Virus record (IMG/VR): IMGVR_UViG_3300031987_000007
Span: 1,704-65,703 of that record
DNA: 64,000 nucleotides
Source of the DNA: a virus
Reading direction: 5' to 3' (one strand)
Part shown: positions 55,133 to 64,000 of the stretch, piece by piece
Layout: every line of letters begins with the position of its first letter
Position numbering within the stretch: the stretch's first letter is position 1
Notes under the pieces: model-generated
Databases searched by the model: none
Told to the model about the DNA's origin: nothing
What the model saw: the letters and a program-made list of their open reading frames with translations, nothing else
Translations under genes and position numbers: made by a program

Positions 55133-56104
55133 TCATAGTTTGAGAGAACCGTCCGCGATCAGGGCATCCTTCTGGGTGCAAACTGGGAACCCGGCGCAGT
55201 ATTTACAGGCCATGACTTCGCCAGGGATTTCCCGGACGATGCCTTTACCTTTACTGGCCAGATGGGCATAGGCCCCGGCGCGGTCGGTTTTGAAATCTTT
55301 GGTGGCCCGCTTGGAGTCTTCTTTGGCGTAATACTTCCAGACGGTGTCGGAGCGCCACAGATCCTTGTCGGAACAGTGGGGAATCTCTTCCTCGGGCGCG
55401 TCCTGGTATTTGGCAACCTGAGCCAGTTTGTGAGACACAAAGGCTTCGGTTTCATCGACGGACAGCAACGGGATGCGTTTTTGTGGCGTCGGTGAGTTGG
55501 GGTAGCTGGGGTCGTTGGCAGCCCGGCCCGGCATGAAGTCGGTCAACAGGAAGTTAATGGCGATCTCATCGGAGGTGATGATTTTCGGATTGAGCCAACG
55601 ATAGATAGAGCCCTGTAGCTTGTAGTCTTCGTCCTTGGTGCCTTTGGTGAACATGAACACAGAGGTGGATTTGAAATCTTCCACCCGGCCTTCTGCCACG
55701 AAGTCAAACTTGCCAGAGACGCGCTTGCCCTGAATGTCCTTGTACGACCGGATTTCCAGGTACACCGGAATGTCACCCTTGGCCAGCTCGTCGGGATTGG
55801 GGTTGACGCGGATCTTCTTGATCAGACCGTTGGGGTAGCCCAGGTCTTGCATGGCCTGCTTGTAGTTGTTGAGCCAGGCCCCCTCAATGGAGTCGTGCAG
55901 GGCGGTGCCCATACGAGATTTGAACAGGCCGGCAATGTCTACCAGCGATTCGGACTGAGGCACTCGGCCTGCCAATACCAGTTGTCGTACTGGTTTGATC
56001 AATGCGGTGGCACTGACTGTGTCCGGGTCGTAATCGTATTTATCCGTCGCTAAAAATACAGCAACGGACAGGGGTACGTTTGTCCCGTTGAGATACTTAC
56101 GCAT
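55133..56104 (-). CDS. PD-(D/E)XK exonuclease (N4 gp42-like)
   Basis: RMGTALHDSIE, VSGKFDF...DFKST, QGSIYRWL, C.YC...C.Q. Confidence 0.9.
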   Translation of the reverse strand: MRKYLNGTNVPLSVAVFLATDKYDYDPDTVSATALIKPVRQLVLAGRVPQSESLVDIAGLFKSRMGTALHDSIEGAWLNNYKQAMQDLGYPNGLIKKIRVNPNPDELAKGDIPVYLEIRSYKDIQGKRVSGKFDFVAEGRVEDFKSTSVFMFTKGTKDEDYKLQGSIYRWLNPKIITSDEIAINFLLTDFMPGRAANDPSYPNSPTPQKRIPLLSVDETEAFVSHKLAQVAKYQDAPEEEIPHCSDKDLWRSDTVWKYYAKEDSKRATKDFKTDRAGAYAHLASKGKGIVREIPGEVMACKYCAGFPVCTQKDALIADGSLKL

Positions 56105-56155
56105 AACAGGTTCCTGATGTGTTGTGGGTAAATAAATAACGGGGTTGGGTACCCG

Positions 56156-56377
56156 TTACTTTTTACGGAAAGTGAATGTGATCGTAGGGAAGAGAATGAA
56201 ACCAAACAGGTTTAGGTATTCCACTTCAGCGAGGAAGTTCCCGGGTGCTGTGGGGTAGGTTACTTTGCCCGTTAATAAACGGTAGGAATACACACCCGGC
56301 TTACAACCTGGTTTGGATTTAACCAGAAATAACCCTGTCGAGAATCGGGGCAGGTATTTATAAATTATTGTTGGCAT
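56156..56377 (-). CDS. Hypothetical protein
   Basis: Fills the gap between neighbours; AT-rich. Confidence 0.35.
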   Translation of the reverse strand: MPTIIYKYLPRFSTGLFLVKSKPGCKPGVYSYRLLTGKVTYPTAPGNFLAEVEYLNLFGFILFPTITFTFRKK

Positions 56378-56772
56378 TCCAATGCTCGTAGTTCCATGAC
56401 TTCCATGCGACCACCAAAGTGTCCGACTTTCTCTGCATTACGCAGATGACTGTCGCCAGGTTTACCATTTCCAATCCGCATCTGGCCTTTACGCCATAAT
56501 GCTTTGAAGGCTTCCCCTTCTTGGAAAGTCATCTGGAAGTGTTCAATCAGGTCTTCACACTCGGCGCTGTACGGCTTGAGCCGTTTGGGCTGAGTGATCT
56601 CGGCAACCCAGTAGTCATTGTCTTTACCGGAAGATGTCTGCAAAACAGTCCCTGTTTTTTGTTCAAAGCCCATCTCATTGTCATTGCTTGCTTGTTTACT
56701 TAAACAAGAAGGGCAGTAATCAGTTACTCCACTTACAGCATGAGAACAGGAAATCGTTTTACATTGGGTCAT
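56365..56772 (-). CDS. DUF3310-like protein
   Basis: ECEDLIE...MTFQEGEAFKALWR...AEK. Confidence 0.7.
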   Translation of the reverse strand: MTQCKTISCSHAVSGVTDYCPSCLSKQASNDNEMGFEQKTGTVLQTSSGKDNDYWVAEITQPKRLKPYSAECEDLIEHFQMTFQEGEAFKALWRKGQMRIGNGKPGDSHLRNAEKVGHFGGRMEVMELRALECQQ

Positions 56773-56847
56773 GGATAACCTTGGTTGAATGAGTGGTGGG
56801 TTTATTATTTAAACAGAAATGTGATTAAAAGAGAACCAACTAAAAGA

Positions 56848-57210
56848 TTAAACCAGTCCAGTAATATGAGGCATGGCAAATTTAACCGCCCGTACATATC
56901 GCTGAGCTTGTCGTTTTTCCAGGCCAGTCATTTTACTTACTTCGCGTGTGTTAATGGTTTCAACAGATTGAAGGATGTTGTAAAGCCGGTTCACACTTAA
57001 TGGGATTGCTTGGTTTGAATCTATATTGGCCGCACCATAAAGCACATCGGCAATCGGACACCCGTAATCGTGAGGCTGTTTAAACTGCATTTGCTGGATA
57101 AGGGTGTTGGTAATGTTGGTGGCCCCTTTCTCTTTGCGGTTATCACCAGTGCCGGCGTACCGCACCCGGTCTGTCCGGGCTTTCCCCAATCGAGCCTTGA
57201 GGTGAGGCAT
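56848..57210 (-). CDS. Conserved hypothetical protein with C-terminal HTH
   Basis: INTREVSKMTGLEKRQAQRYV. Confidence 0.65.
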   Translation of the reverse strand: MPHLKARLGKARTDRVRYAGTGDNRKEKGATNITNTLIQQMQFKQPHDYGCPIADVLYGAANIDSNQAIPLSVNRLYNILQSVETINTREVSKMTGLEKRQAQRYVRAVKFAMPHITGLV

Positions 57211-57259
57211 GTCGTCAATACTGGGTATTTCCGTAATAGAATCAGCTCCTTATCTGTGA

Positions 57260-57766
57260 TTAATTGGTATGCCCGTAGTTACCATGTAATTCCTGGCTTG
57301 CTTGGCAGTAGGCATAATGGGCTTCTTTAGGTGTGTCGAACTGCCCAAGGTATCGGGTCTTATTGGATACCTGAATTTGTGCAAACCATTTCTGATTGGT
57401 CTTGCTCCAGGAAACGCCCTTGAACCCTGATGTATTGTTCAAAGGTTTTCGTTGGTTGTGGGTGTTCTCGACATTGGTACACTCTCGTAAGTTTGACCTG
57501 GTGTTATTCAACCCATCATGGTTTTTGTGATCAACCTGTTGAGATGTAGAGGTATCAAGAATGACTCGGTGCATTAGAATCATCCCAGGTTTTCCATCAG
57601 CCTTTCGGGCTGTGCGGGCAGCGTATACAGTGCGTTTGGTGACTGCTGCAAACCAACTGTAGTCTTTAACTAAGTCAATGTCGGTAGCATCTATTCTTGC
57701 TATATATCCCCTGGTGAGTGGTACATAAGCAAACTTCCCTATTTTTCTGATTTTTCGTGGTCTCAT
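57260..57766 (-). CDS. HNH-AP2 homing endonuclease
   Basis: MHRVIL..VDHKNHDGLNNTRSNLR; NTSGFKGV..W.AQI..YLG.F.T..EA..AY. Confidence 0.9.
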   Translation of the reverse strand: MRPRKIRKIGKFAYVPLTRGYIARIDATDIDLVKDYSWFAAVTKRTVYAARTARKADGKPGMILMHRVILDTSTSQQVDHKNHDGLNNTRSNLRECTNVENTHNQRKPLNNTSGFKGVSWSKTNQKWFAQIQVSNKTRYLGQFDTPKEAHYAYCQASQELHGNYGHTN

Positions 57767-57906
57767 ATCAAGTCCTTGTTTTTAATATGAAATAAGGTCT
57801 ATTCAAAACGACTTATAGAATAGGGGGGAACACCCCCGAGGCCCTGACGGACCCCGGGTGCGTCCCCTGAAATCTTCTCGGCGTTGCCTCGAACATTTCC
57901 CTGACA

Positions 57907-57932
57907 GATTCACAAGAGGGTTCGGAGAACCC
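57907..57932 (-). promoter_or_regulatory. GGA-triloop hairpin element upstream of HNH-AP2 operon
   Basis: GATTCAC-AAGA-GGGTTC-GGA-GAACCC. Confidence 0.5.
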
Positions 57933-58100
57933 CTGTTATTTTCTGTTGTGGTAGGGGAGGGATTGGAATTACCTGAGTCCGCGTGGGCGCAGCCCAAAGC
58001 GGCGAAGGGTAAACCAGAGAGATAAAGGTGTGTTGGTTTTGTTTGGTACGTTAAGTCAGCAAGCTGGCGTGGTTGATTGGTTTTCTCCTCTTGAATATGC

Positions 58101-58131
58101 CGGCACCCTGCCGCTGACGCTACGGGTGCCG
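58101..58131 (-). terminator. Stem-loop after nrdJ
   Basis: CGGCACCC/GGGTGCCG 8-bp stem; no clear U-tract. Confidence 0.4.
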
Positions 58132-58152
58132 ACGATTCCCTGGGTTAGTGGG

Positions 58153-60471
58153 TTAGAAGCTGATCTCGCAAGCACCCCCGGCACAGGCCTGGGCGCCCAT
58201 GGTGCCAACGTCCGTGTACTCCTGTTCCCCCATTTCCTTGGTGAAGTCGATGGGCTGAATTTCCCGGGCAATGGTCTCCCACTTGTGCAGTAGGTGAACG
58301 TCCTTGAGGCATTCAGTCATGGTTTGCATGGCGTGGCTTACCAATTCAGCGCCTGGGTCTACACCCATGAAAGAGCCATCCTTAAAGAATTGCTTTTCCG
58401 CAGGTAGGAAGTTGTTACGTGCGAACTTCTTGGCTCGACGTACCCAGTCCCGCTTCAGGAGATCGTGAGAGCCATGCGGGCTCAGATCCTTGCCATCATT
58501 CATGGCCACAGAACAGGCGTTCCACAGGTCACCTGAGAAGGCGTGAAGCCCATCCACAACCAGTCCAGAGGCGAGGATAGCGGCAGCACCATAGGTTTCC
58601 TGGATCTGCTTGGCTGTCTTCACTTCAGTGAACGGGGATTGCGGGTAGGCCTTGTCACCGGATTCACTCATCAAGCTGATGCCGGCAAACCACTGACGGT
58701 TCTCCCAGATGTAATCGAACACCTCGTCCCAGTCATCCACCGAAATGGTGTTGGATACGTTGTGACGATTGCGGGAGTCGGTACATAGGTCTTCATTGGT
58801 TCCGTATTCAATCCAGTTCTGTTGAGCCAGCTTGACGAACTCCAACTGCTTCACACCCTGAAGGCTGTCTTTGTAGATCGAGCCTTCGTCCGAAACGATG
58901 GGGAAGCTGACAATGCGATCGGTCCCGTTGGGATTCCAGACACTGGTTTCGACCATGTCGGGGTTCTGTTTCTCCAATAGGGCCAGGGCGCCGTCAGCCT
59001 CGTTCATTTGCACGTTACGGAAGTACCGGGGTGAATGTTCCCCATGAATACCAGAGGCCGTGCCGAGCAGCACAGAGGCGTTGCCGGAAGGCTTCACACA
59101 AGTGGTTCGGGCAGCCGGGTTGATACCGATGAGATGAGCCACTTCCTTATTCACATTGCGGACAATGTGGGCACCGGTTTGCATGTTGAGCTTGTCGAAC
59201 AGTACGTCCGGGCTATTCATCCAACCGGTGATCGAGACGCCAATGAGAGCTTCTCTCTCAACGATCTGGCGGGTGGCATCTGTGAGGTAGGTGAAGTTGG
59301 TGTAACCGGCCTGGAGTGTTCCCAGGATGGCACCAGCACGGCAAGCATTGAAGAACTCATCGGGTGTGTTGCACATGCCACCGTTGATTTCGGTGAGGTT
59401 GCACATCTGGAAACCAGACTGACCATCTTCGGTCACGGGCAACATGCCGATCTCAACACAGGGGTTGTAGCAGAACTCGATGTTATCGGTCCAGACGAAC
59501 CCGGGCTCACCAAAGCCTTTGACGGACTCCTTGATGCCTTGCCATTCCTCATAGGTCGTGGTGGCTCGGTCCAGTACCACGGAGTTGTTGGAGCGCCCAC
59601 GCTGAGGGTTGTCGATGAACCAGTTATCGGTCTTGGCGTTCAGCATCTCTTTGTCGTCTTTCGAGAACATACAGATGGTGGCGCTTCGACGGACACCGCC
59701 TGACAGCACGGCATCGGCCATGTGCATGACAAAGTCATAGGCGTTGATCGGGCTCAGGACATTGGTCTGTGTCTTGACGATACCGTTGAGCAGGGTTTCA
59801 CACTTGATCAACGAGGCGCGAAGACCGTCCGGACCGGGTGCCTTGAAGCCACCTGAGATGTATGAGCCTTGCGGACGGATCTGGGAGAAGTCATACGACA
59901 CATGCTTACCGGAGAACTCCGGGAAAGGGGCATTACGTGGGTCAGTGATGAAGCTGGAGATCAGCACACCAAACGCATCCGACCAGCCTTCAATGGAGTC
60001 GGGTACCACAAAGGTCTTGGCTTCCTGGCTGCGGGGGTGGATGGTAGGGAGTTTGTTGATGTGATGTTTCTGTACGGAGAAGCCGACACCACAGCCACAC
60101 AGCAGCAGGTACATGGCTTCCTGGAAGAACTCAGGGCGATCCAGATGCGAGGCACTGCAGTTGTACAAGCGGCCTTCGTGTTGGAATATCTGAGGCCCAC
60201 CAAATTGCAGAGCCCGTTGGGCACCCAGTACAGACTGGTTCGCGTAATGATCCTCTGCAAACTGGATCAATTCGTCCAGCTCCGGAGACATTACATGCGC
60301 GTATTTATCTCGGTGCATTTGCATGACACGGCCGACAGACTCTTTCCAGGTCTCATAACGGTCATTGTCATCCAGCCACCGGGAATACCCCATGAAGAAT
60401 TTACTTTCCGACATCATTTCTTTGCCGGCCAGTAAACGATTCTCTACAGGGAGTGTTACAACATTGGACAT
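58153..60471 (-). CDS. nrdJ: Class II (adenosylcobalamin-dependent, monomeric type) ribonucleotide reductase
   Basis: RLYNC, GGVRRSA, NPCVEI, CNLTE, TCVKPSGNAS, HNVSNT, C-terminal CAGGAC. Confidence 0.92.
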   Translation of the reverse strand: MSNVVTLPVENRLLAGKEMMSESKFFMGYSRWLDDNDRYETWKESVGRVMQMHRDKYAHVMSPELDELIQFAEDHYANQSVLGAQRALQFGGPQIFQHEGRLYNCSASHLDRPEFFQEAMYLLLCGCGVGFSVQKHHINKLPTIHPRSQEAKTFVVPDSIEGWSDAFGVLISSFITDPRNAPFPEFSGKHVSYDFSQIRPQGSYISGGFKAPGPDGLRASLIKCETLLNGIVKTQTNVLSPINAYDFVMHMADAVLSGGVRRSATICMFSKDDKEMLNAKTDNWFIDNPQRGRSNNSVVLDRATTTYEEWQGIKESVKGFGEPGFVWTDNIEFCYNPCVEIGMLPVTEDGQSGFQMCNLTEINGGMCNTPDEFFNACRAGAILGTLQAGYTNFTYLTDATRQIVEREALIGVSITGWMNSPDVLFDKLNMQTGAHIVRNVNKEVAHLIGINPAARTTCVKPSGNASVLLGTASGIHGEHSPRYFRNVQMNEADGALALLEKQNPDMVETSVWNPNGTDRIVSFPIVSDEGSIYKDSLQGVKQLEFVKLAQQNWIEYGTNEDLCTDSRNRHNVSNTISVDDWDEVFDYIWENRQWFAGISLMSESGDKAYPQSPFTEVKTAKQIQETYGAAAILASGLVVDGLHAFSGDLWNACSVAMNDGKDLSPHGSHDLLKRDWVRRAKKFARNNFLPAEKQFFKDGSFMGVDPGAELVSHAMQTMTECLKDVHLLHKWETIAREIQPIDFTKEMGEQEYTDVGTMGAQACAGGACEISF

Positions 60472-60495
60472 ATTGGTTCCTTACAAGGGTGAGAT

Positions 60496-60519
60496 AAAAA
60501 GAGCCAGGTAAACTGGCTC
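60496..60519 (-). terminator. Rho-independent terminator between thyX and nrdJ
   Basis: Minus: GAGCCAG-TTTAC-CTGGCTC-TTTTT. Confidence 0.8.
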
Positions 60520-60565
60520 AGGGGTTTAATACATTACTGAGGAACAACAATGTCTGCGGGATTAT

Positions 60566-61747
60566 TTAATCAACAAGTGCTGCCCAACTTACGGGGAACA
60601 ACGGGCGGATAATGCTATCCCATTGTTCTGCCAGTTCTTGAATCTCAAGTTGAGCATGGGCATCGCTGCGTTGAATGTACGCATTGGCCCAGGCATACAA
60701 CGAACCCGTTACCCAGTAAGTCGTGAGCATGGATTGAGGCAGAACCATACGGGCTTGTTCAGGCGAATAGCCGTCTTGGATCATGTTCTCATATAGATTC
60801 TTGGCGCTTTCAAGAAGCCCTTCGTAGGTATTACTTTTGCTCGGAACGCACCCTTTATACTTTAGTAGTACGTGTTCAGCCATCTTGATCTGTTCGTCCC
60901 GGCTGGCATCACTTTTCATTGAATTGGCCCGGTTACTGATAATCTCAACATTACCGGGAACGTAGTCCTTTGTTGAGTCTTTTCGATCAAATGATGGGCT
61001 GTCTGGTTGAATCTTCCCCTTACCAAGTGAGTAGTCTAACTTGACCCCTAGATATGGGCAGTACTCTGGAAAGTCGAAGGTATCAAAGTCGAGTGACCAT
61101 TCTCGCTTACCCTCCCTTTTTACCCTGGCTTCAGCATTTGAGAAACATGCTTTATAGGGATTACGATTCCTGTTGGTGTAGTGATATTTACATTCATCAG
61201 AACAGTACTTCTTTTCTCTCCCACCACCCTGAGCACGAACGTTCTGCGTGGTTTCTTTACCGCACACCGGACAAAAGCCTTTAACAAATTCCGGGGCAGG
61301 TAGTTTTGTTGTGCCTGAGCCTTGCTTAATATTCCCTTCAGGGCGTGTGCGCCACTCATCAGGAATGTGAAACTCAGGCGTATCATCCACATACCTACGA
61401 GAAACTTCATTGTAGGTGAAGCCAACGCAATGCTTGAAGCGCTGACGAGCCACAAAGATCGGGACGGTTTCCCGCATAGTGATCATGCAGTGGCTGAAGG
61501 GTGTCCAGTGGGTGGGCATATTCTTGGCCCACTTCAAAGCCTTTTCGACCTCTAAGGTAGATAAACCGCCTTCAACAAGGGGTTTAACTGTGTTGTCCCA
61601 ATCAGACTTCATACAGCCACGGGCCAGGAATTGAATTAAGCCTTTGTCTTTTTCAGTCAGTTCATTGGACACAACGGAGAATGAAACTCTTGCGGCATTT
61701 ACGCACGTAAGGTCATTGCCCATGTGATCTAAGTATTCGGCTTTCAT
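60566..61747 (-). CDS. thyX: Flavin-dependent thymidylate synthase ThyX with in-frame nuclease insertion
   Basis: NAARVSF, HWTPF, PIFVARQ.FKH, NEVSRRY, PEQARMVLPQS, HAQLEI; about 155-aa insert after KQGSG. Confidence 0.92.
   Translation of the reverse strand: MKAEYLDHMGNDLTCVNAARVSFSVVSNELTEKDKGLIQFLARGCMKSDWDNTVKPLVEGGLSTLEVEKALKWAKNMPTHWTPFSHCMITMRETVPIFVARQRFKHCVGFTYNEVSRRYVDDTPEFHIPDEWRTRPEGNIKQGSGTTKLPAPEFVKGFCPVCGKETTQNVRAQGGGREKKYCSDECKYHYTNRNRNPYKACFSNAEARVKREGKREWSLDFDTFDFPEYCPYLGVKLDYSLGKGKIQPDSPSFDRKDSTKDYVPGNVEIISNRANSMKSDASRDEQIKMAEHVLLKYKGCVPSKSNTYEGLLESAKNLYENMIQDGYSPEQARMVLPQSMLTTYWVTGSLYAWANAYIQRSDAHAQLEIQELAEQWDSIIRPLFPVSWAALVD
60833..61300 (-). mobile_element. Zn-finger plus HNH-type endonuclease domain inserted in thyX
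   Basis: CPVCG...KKYCSDEC; CPYLG...SPSFDRKD...YVPGNVEIISNRAN.MK; boundaries approximate. Confidence 0.75.
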
Positions 61748-61829
61748 AAGTACCTCTGGATTATTTGCGATAGGCAAATAGGGATTGTGTAGAATCGCTG
61801 GAACAGTGATCTACAAGGTTGGTTTATTT

Positions 61830-63536
61830 ATGTCTACTTATTGCGGTACAAGCGGGGGATTAGGGCCACTACCCAGTGATCCGGACAGTAACCTGATATT
61901 AACGGCAAAGCCAGCCTTTGGTGGAATTGATGTTACCTGGACTTATCCGGAAACCAATCCACAAGCTGTGGCTCATACCATTATTTTCCGTAGTACCAAT
62001 GCTGACCCAGCAACAATGATTAAACATCAGATTGCTACGGGTGATTTCTACTACGACAAAGTGAACCCAACCCAGAACATTGAATACTTCTACTGGGTTC
62101 AGTGGGTGTCTATTAACGGGACGTATGGGGATATTGTCGGGCCGGTGTCTGCAATAGCTCGGCCAACAGTTTCCCAGACTCTGGAGATGCTGACCGGTCA
62201 GATCGAAGCAGGTGCTTTGGGACAAGCCTTGCAAGAGGAGATGGCAGGCATTGATCTGAACCGGGAAGCGGTGCTGCAAGAGCAACAAGCCCGCATCATG
62301 GCGTGGGGGGATATGGCCTTTCAGTTCAACCAACTGGCTCTTGAAGGTGAGCAGACATTGGCTGCGTTGCAGCAGGAGTCTACGGCTCGGTTGGACGAAG
62401 ACACGGCCCAGATAAACCAGATCAATATACTTGGGGCCCGGGCGGAAGATAACGAAGCCATGTTGCTGGATGAGCAACGACTGCGTGCGGACGCCGACCA
62501 GGCCATGGGGGAGGATTTGAGAATCCTGTCTGCCTCCATGGGCATCGAGTCCCAAGTGTTCTTCCAGCCGGCCGCGCCCATCCCATCGAATCCTGGTGAT
62601 CGTTGGATCGACACGGATAACGGGAATGCCCCGAAATTCTGGTCAGGCACGGAGTGGGTAGCGGACCCGGAGATTACTGGAGCGGTGTACCGTCAGGCGG
62701 AACCGCCGGTAAGTCCGGTGGCTGGTGATGTGTGGTTTGATTCCAATGACGAGGACAAGGCCTATCAGTTCCTGGATGACGTGTGGGAGCCGTTGAGTAT
62801 TTATGACGGGAACCTGATCAGCGCCGCTGTCCAGAACCACAACAACACGCGTATCGGTTACTGCATGATCGCCGGGGCGCCGTCACCAGACATTGGCTCC
62901 CAGGCAGTATGCAAAGCCAACGGCGGAACCTGGTTGGTTCAGCAGGCCCTGGCGGACGCTGTGAAGGGTATCCAGATTACGGACTCTGACGGTGACAGTG
63001 CCAATGTTGAGGAACGGATGGTCAGTTACAAGAACGACATTGGGCAGTTGCTCAGCGAATACACCGTCAAGGTGCAGACCGACACAAACGGCAACAAGAT
63101 CGTCGGAGGGTTTGGCCTGACGGCTGATGGCGCCACTGTAGAAGCTGGGTTTGATGTGGACCGGTTTTGGGTCGGTAAGCTGGGGAACAAACGGTTCCCG
63201 TTCATTATCGACGCTAATACCAATGAAGTGTTCATGGATGAGGCGGTGGTTCGCCACTTGACCTTCACCAAGTTACGGGACGCTGAAGGCAACTTCATGG
63301 TGGCCAATGGCAAGTTGAAAGCTCAGTACCTGGAAGCAGGTGATCTGGTTTCCCAGTCCACCGTTACAGTCGGTCCCACCACGGGCAAGACCTTTGAGTT
63401 CAAGGTGGATGGTTCACACCAACTCATTGCCAAACGTACCGATGAAGTCGGTTCAGGGGGCGTTGTTTACAATGCCGATGGGATCTCCGTTTACGACTCT
63501 GCGGGTGTTCTGCGAGTAAAGGTAGGAAAGCTATGA
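61830..63536 (+). CDS. Tail fibre/host-specificity protein (lambda J C-terminal-like)
   Basis: FnIII-like N-terminus, coiled coil, YTVKVQTD.NG..IVGGFGL, PFIID, RVKVGKL end. Confidence 0.75.
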   Translation: MSTYCGTSGGLGPLPSDPDSNLILTAKPAFGGIDVTWTYPETNPQAVAHTIIFRSTNADPATMIKHQIATGDFYYDKVNPTQNIEYFYWVQWVSINGTYGDIVGPVSAIARPTVSQTLEMLTGQIEAGALGQALQEEMAGIDLNREAVLQEQQARIMAWGDMAFQFNQLALEGEQTLAALQQESTARLDEDTAQINQINILGARAEDNEAMLLDEQRLRADADQAMGEDLRILSASMGIESQVFFQPAAPIPSNPGDRWIDTDNGNAPKFWSGTEWVADPEITGAVYRQAEPPVSPVAGDVWFDSNDEDKAYQFLDDVWEPLSIYDGNLISAAVQNHNNTRIGYCMIAGAPSPDIGSQAVCKANGGTWLVQQALADAVKGIQITDSDGDSANVEERMVSYKNDIGQLLSEYTVKVQTDTNGNKIVGGFGLTADGATVEAGFDVDRFWVGKLGNKRFPFIIDANTNEVFMDEAVVRHLTFTKLRDAEGNFMVANGKLKAQYLEAGDLVSQSTVTVGPTTGKTFEFKVDGSHQLIAKRTDEVGSGGVVYNADGISVYDSAGVLRVKVGKL

Positions 63537-64000
63537 GTTACGGTTGGAGTAGTTATGGCGCGGATGGTGAGTACATTGGTGGGTCAGACACGCGCAATTG
63601 TTTCTATGTGGATACGGTGGATCTAGCAGGAGATGGGGTGGTCATTACGAATTACGATAAAACCTTTCCCGCCTTCCAGCACTGTGACTTTGCCCTGATC
63701 AAGTCGGGTACCACCTACCAGGATCGGGCTCTGGTGGGTACGGGCAAAATGAATAATGAGGTGACCACGAGCGTCACCAAGGATGCTAACGGGGTTACCC
63801 GGGTGCGTATCAAGTACACGGGCGGTTATTACGAATCAGGGACAGGAACTCGCCGCTCCTACAATGTTGGTCAGGTCCACATCGTTATTACTCGCCTGGA
63901 CTCTCGGGCGCCAGCGGCTGTCAGTACGCAATACGGGACGTTTCTTAAAGACCTATCCGGTGGCGGTATCTTACCGGTGAGTGACGCTGCTGATCCCTTG
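63533..64000 (+). CDS. Tail-associated protein (truncated at window edge)
   Basis: Hand-translated MSYGWSSYGADG...; ATGA overlap with J-like gene; open to the end. Confidence 0.7.
   Translation, partial: MSYGWSSYGADGEYIGGSDTRNCFYVDTVDLAGDGVVITNYDKTFPAFQHCDFALIKSGTTYQDRALVGTGKMNNEVTTSVTKDANGVTRVRIKYTGGYYESGTGTRRSYNVGQVHIVITRLDSRAPAAVSTQYGTFLKDLSGGGILPVSDAADPL

Noticed and set aside
57840-58120. Hammerhead ribozyme or tRNA
   Set aside because: CTGAC/CTGAG words are present but none forms CUGANGA with a GAAA partner; GGGTTCGGAG lacks a cloverleaf. No tRNA gene was recognised anywhere in the window by eye
60472-60565. Cobalamin riboswitch upstream of nrdJ
   Set aside because: The gap is under 100 bp and holds only a terminator and RBS; no B12-box
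60833-61300. Intein or group I intron in thyX
   Set aside because: No intein terminal motifs and no room for, or sign of, group I core elements; reading frame continuous

Overview
This window is most of the genome of an N4-like phage (Schitoviridae), circularly permuted relative to the usual map. The assignment rests on a 3580-aa virion RNA polymerase, a two-subunit T7-like RNAP II, an N4-type DNA polymerase A, helicase, primase, SSB and exonuclease, and the gp69-terminase-gp67-portal-capsid-gp55-gp51 late module. Early and middle genes run leftward from about 23.2 kb to 0 and from 61.7 kb to 49.6 kb. Late genes run rightward from 23.4 to 49.5 kb and from 61.8 kb on. The divergence at about 23.2-23.45 kb is probably where the physical genome ends join. 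Nucleotide-metabolism genes include class II RNR, ThyX, dUTPase, dCMP deaminase and glutaredoxin. The most unusual observations are five. (1) ThyX carries an in-frame Zn-finger/HNH-type nuclease insertion with no intein or intron signature. (2) A family of C-GGA-G triloop hairpins with a shared TTCAC motif resembles vRNAP promoters but is scattered through the middle region. (3) The DNA ligase N-terminal domain is duplicated and fused to a coiled coil. (4) vRNAP motif B has Phe instead of Tyr. (5) There is a highly structured intergenic RNA candidate at about 0.9-1.17 kb. All family assignments come from motif recognition by eye and recalled family knowledge; no searches were run, and N4 gp numbers are by synteny and recall.
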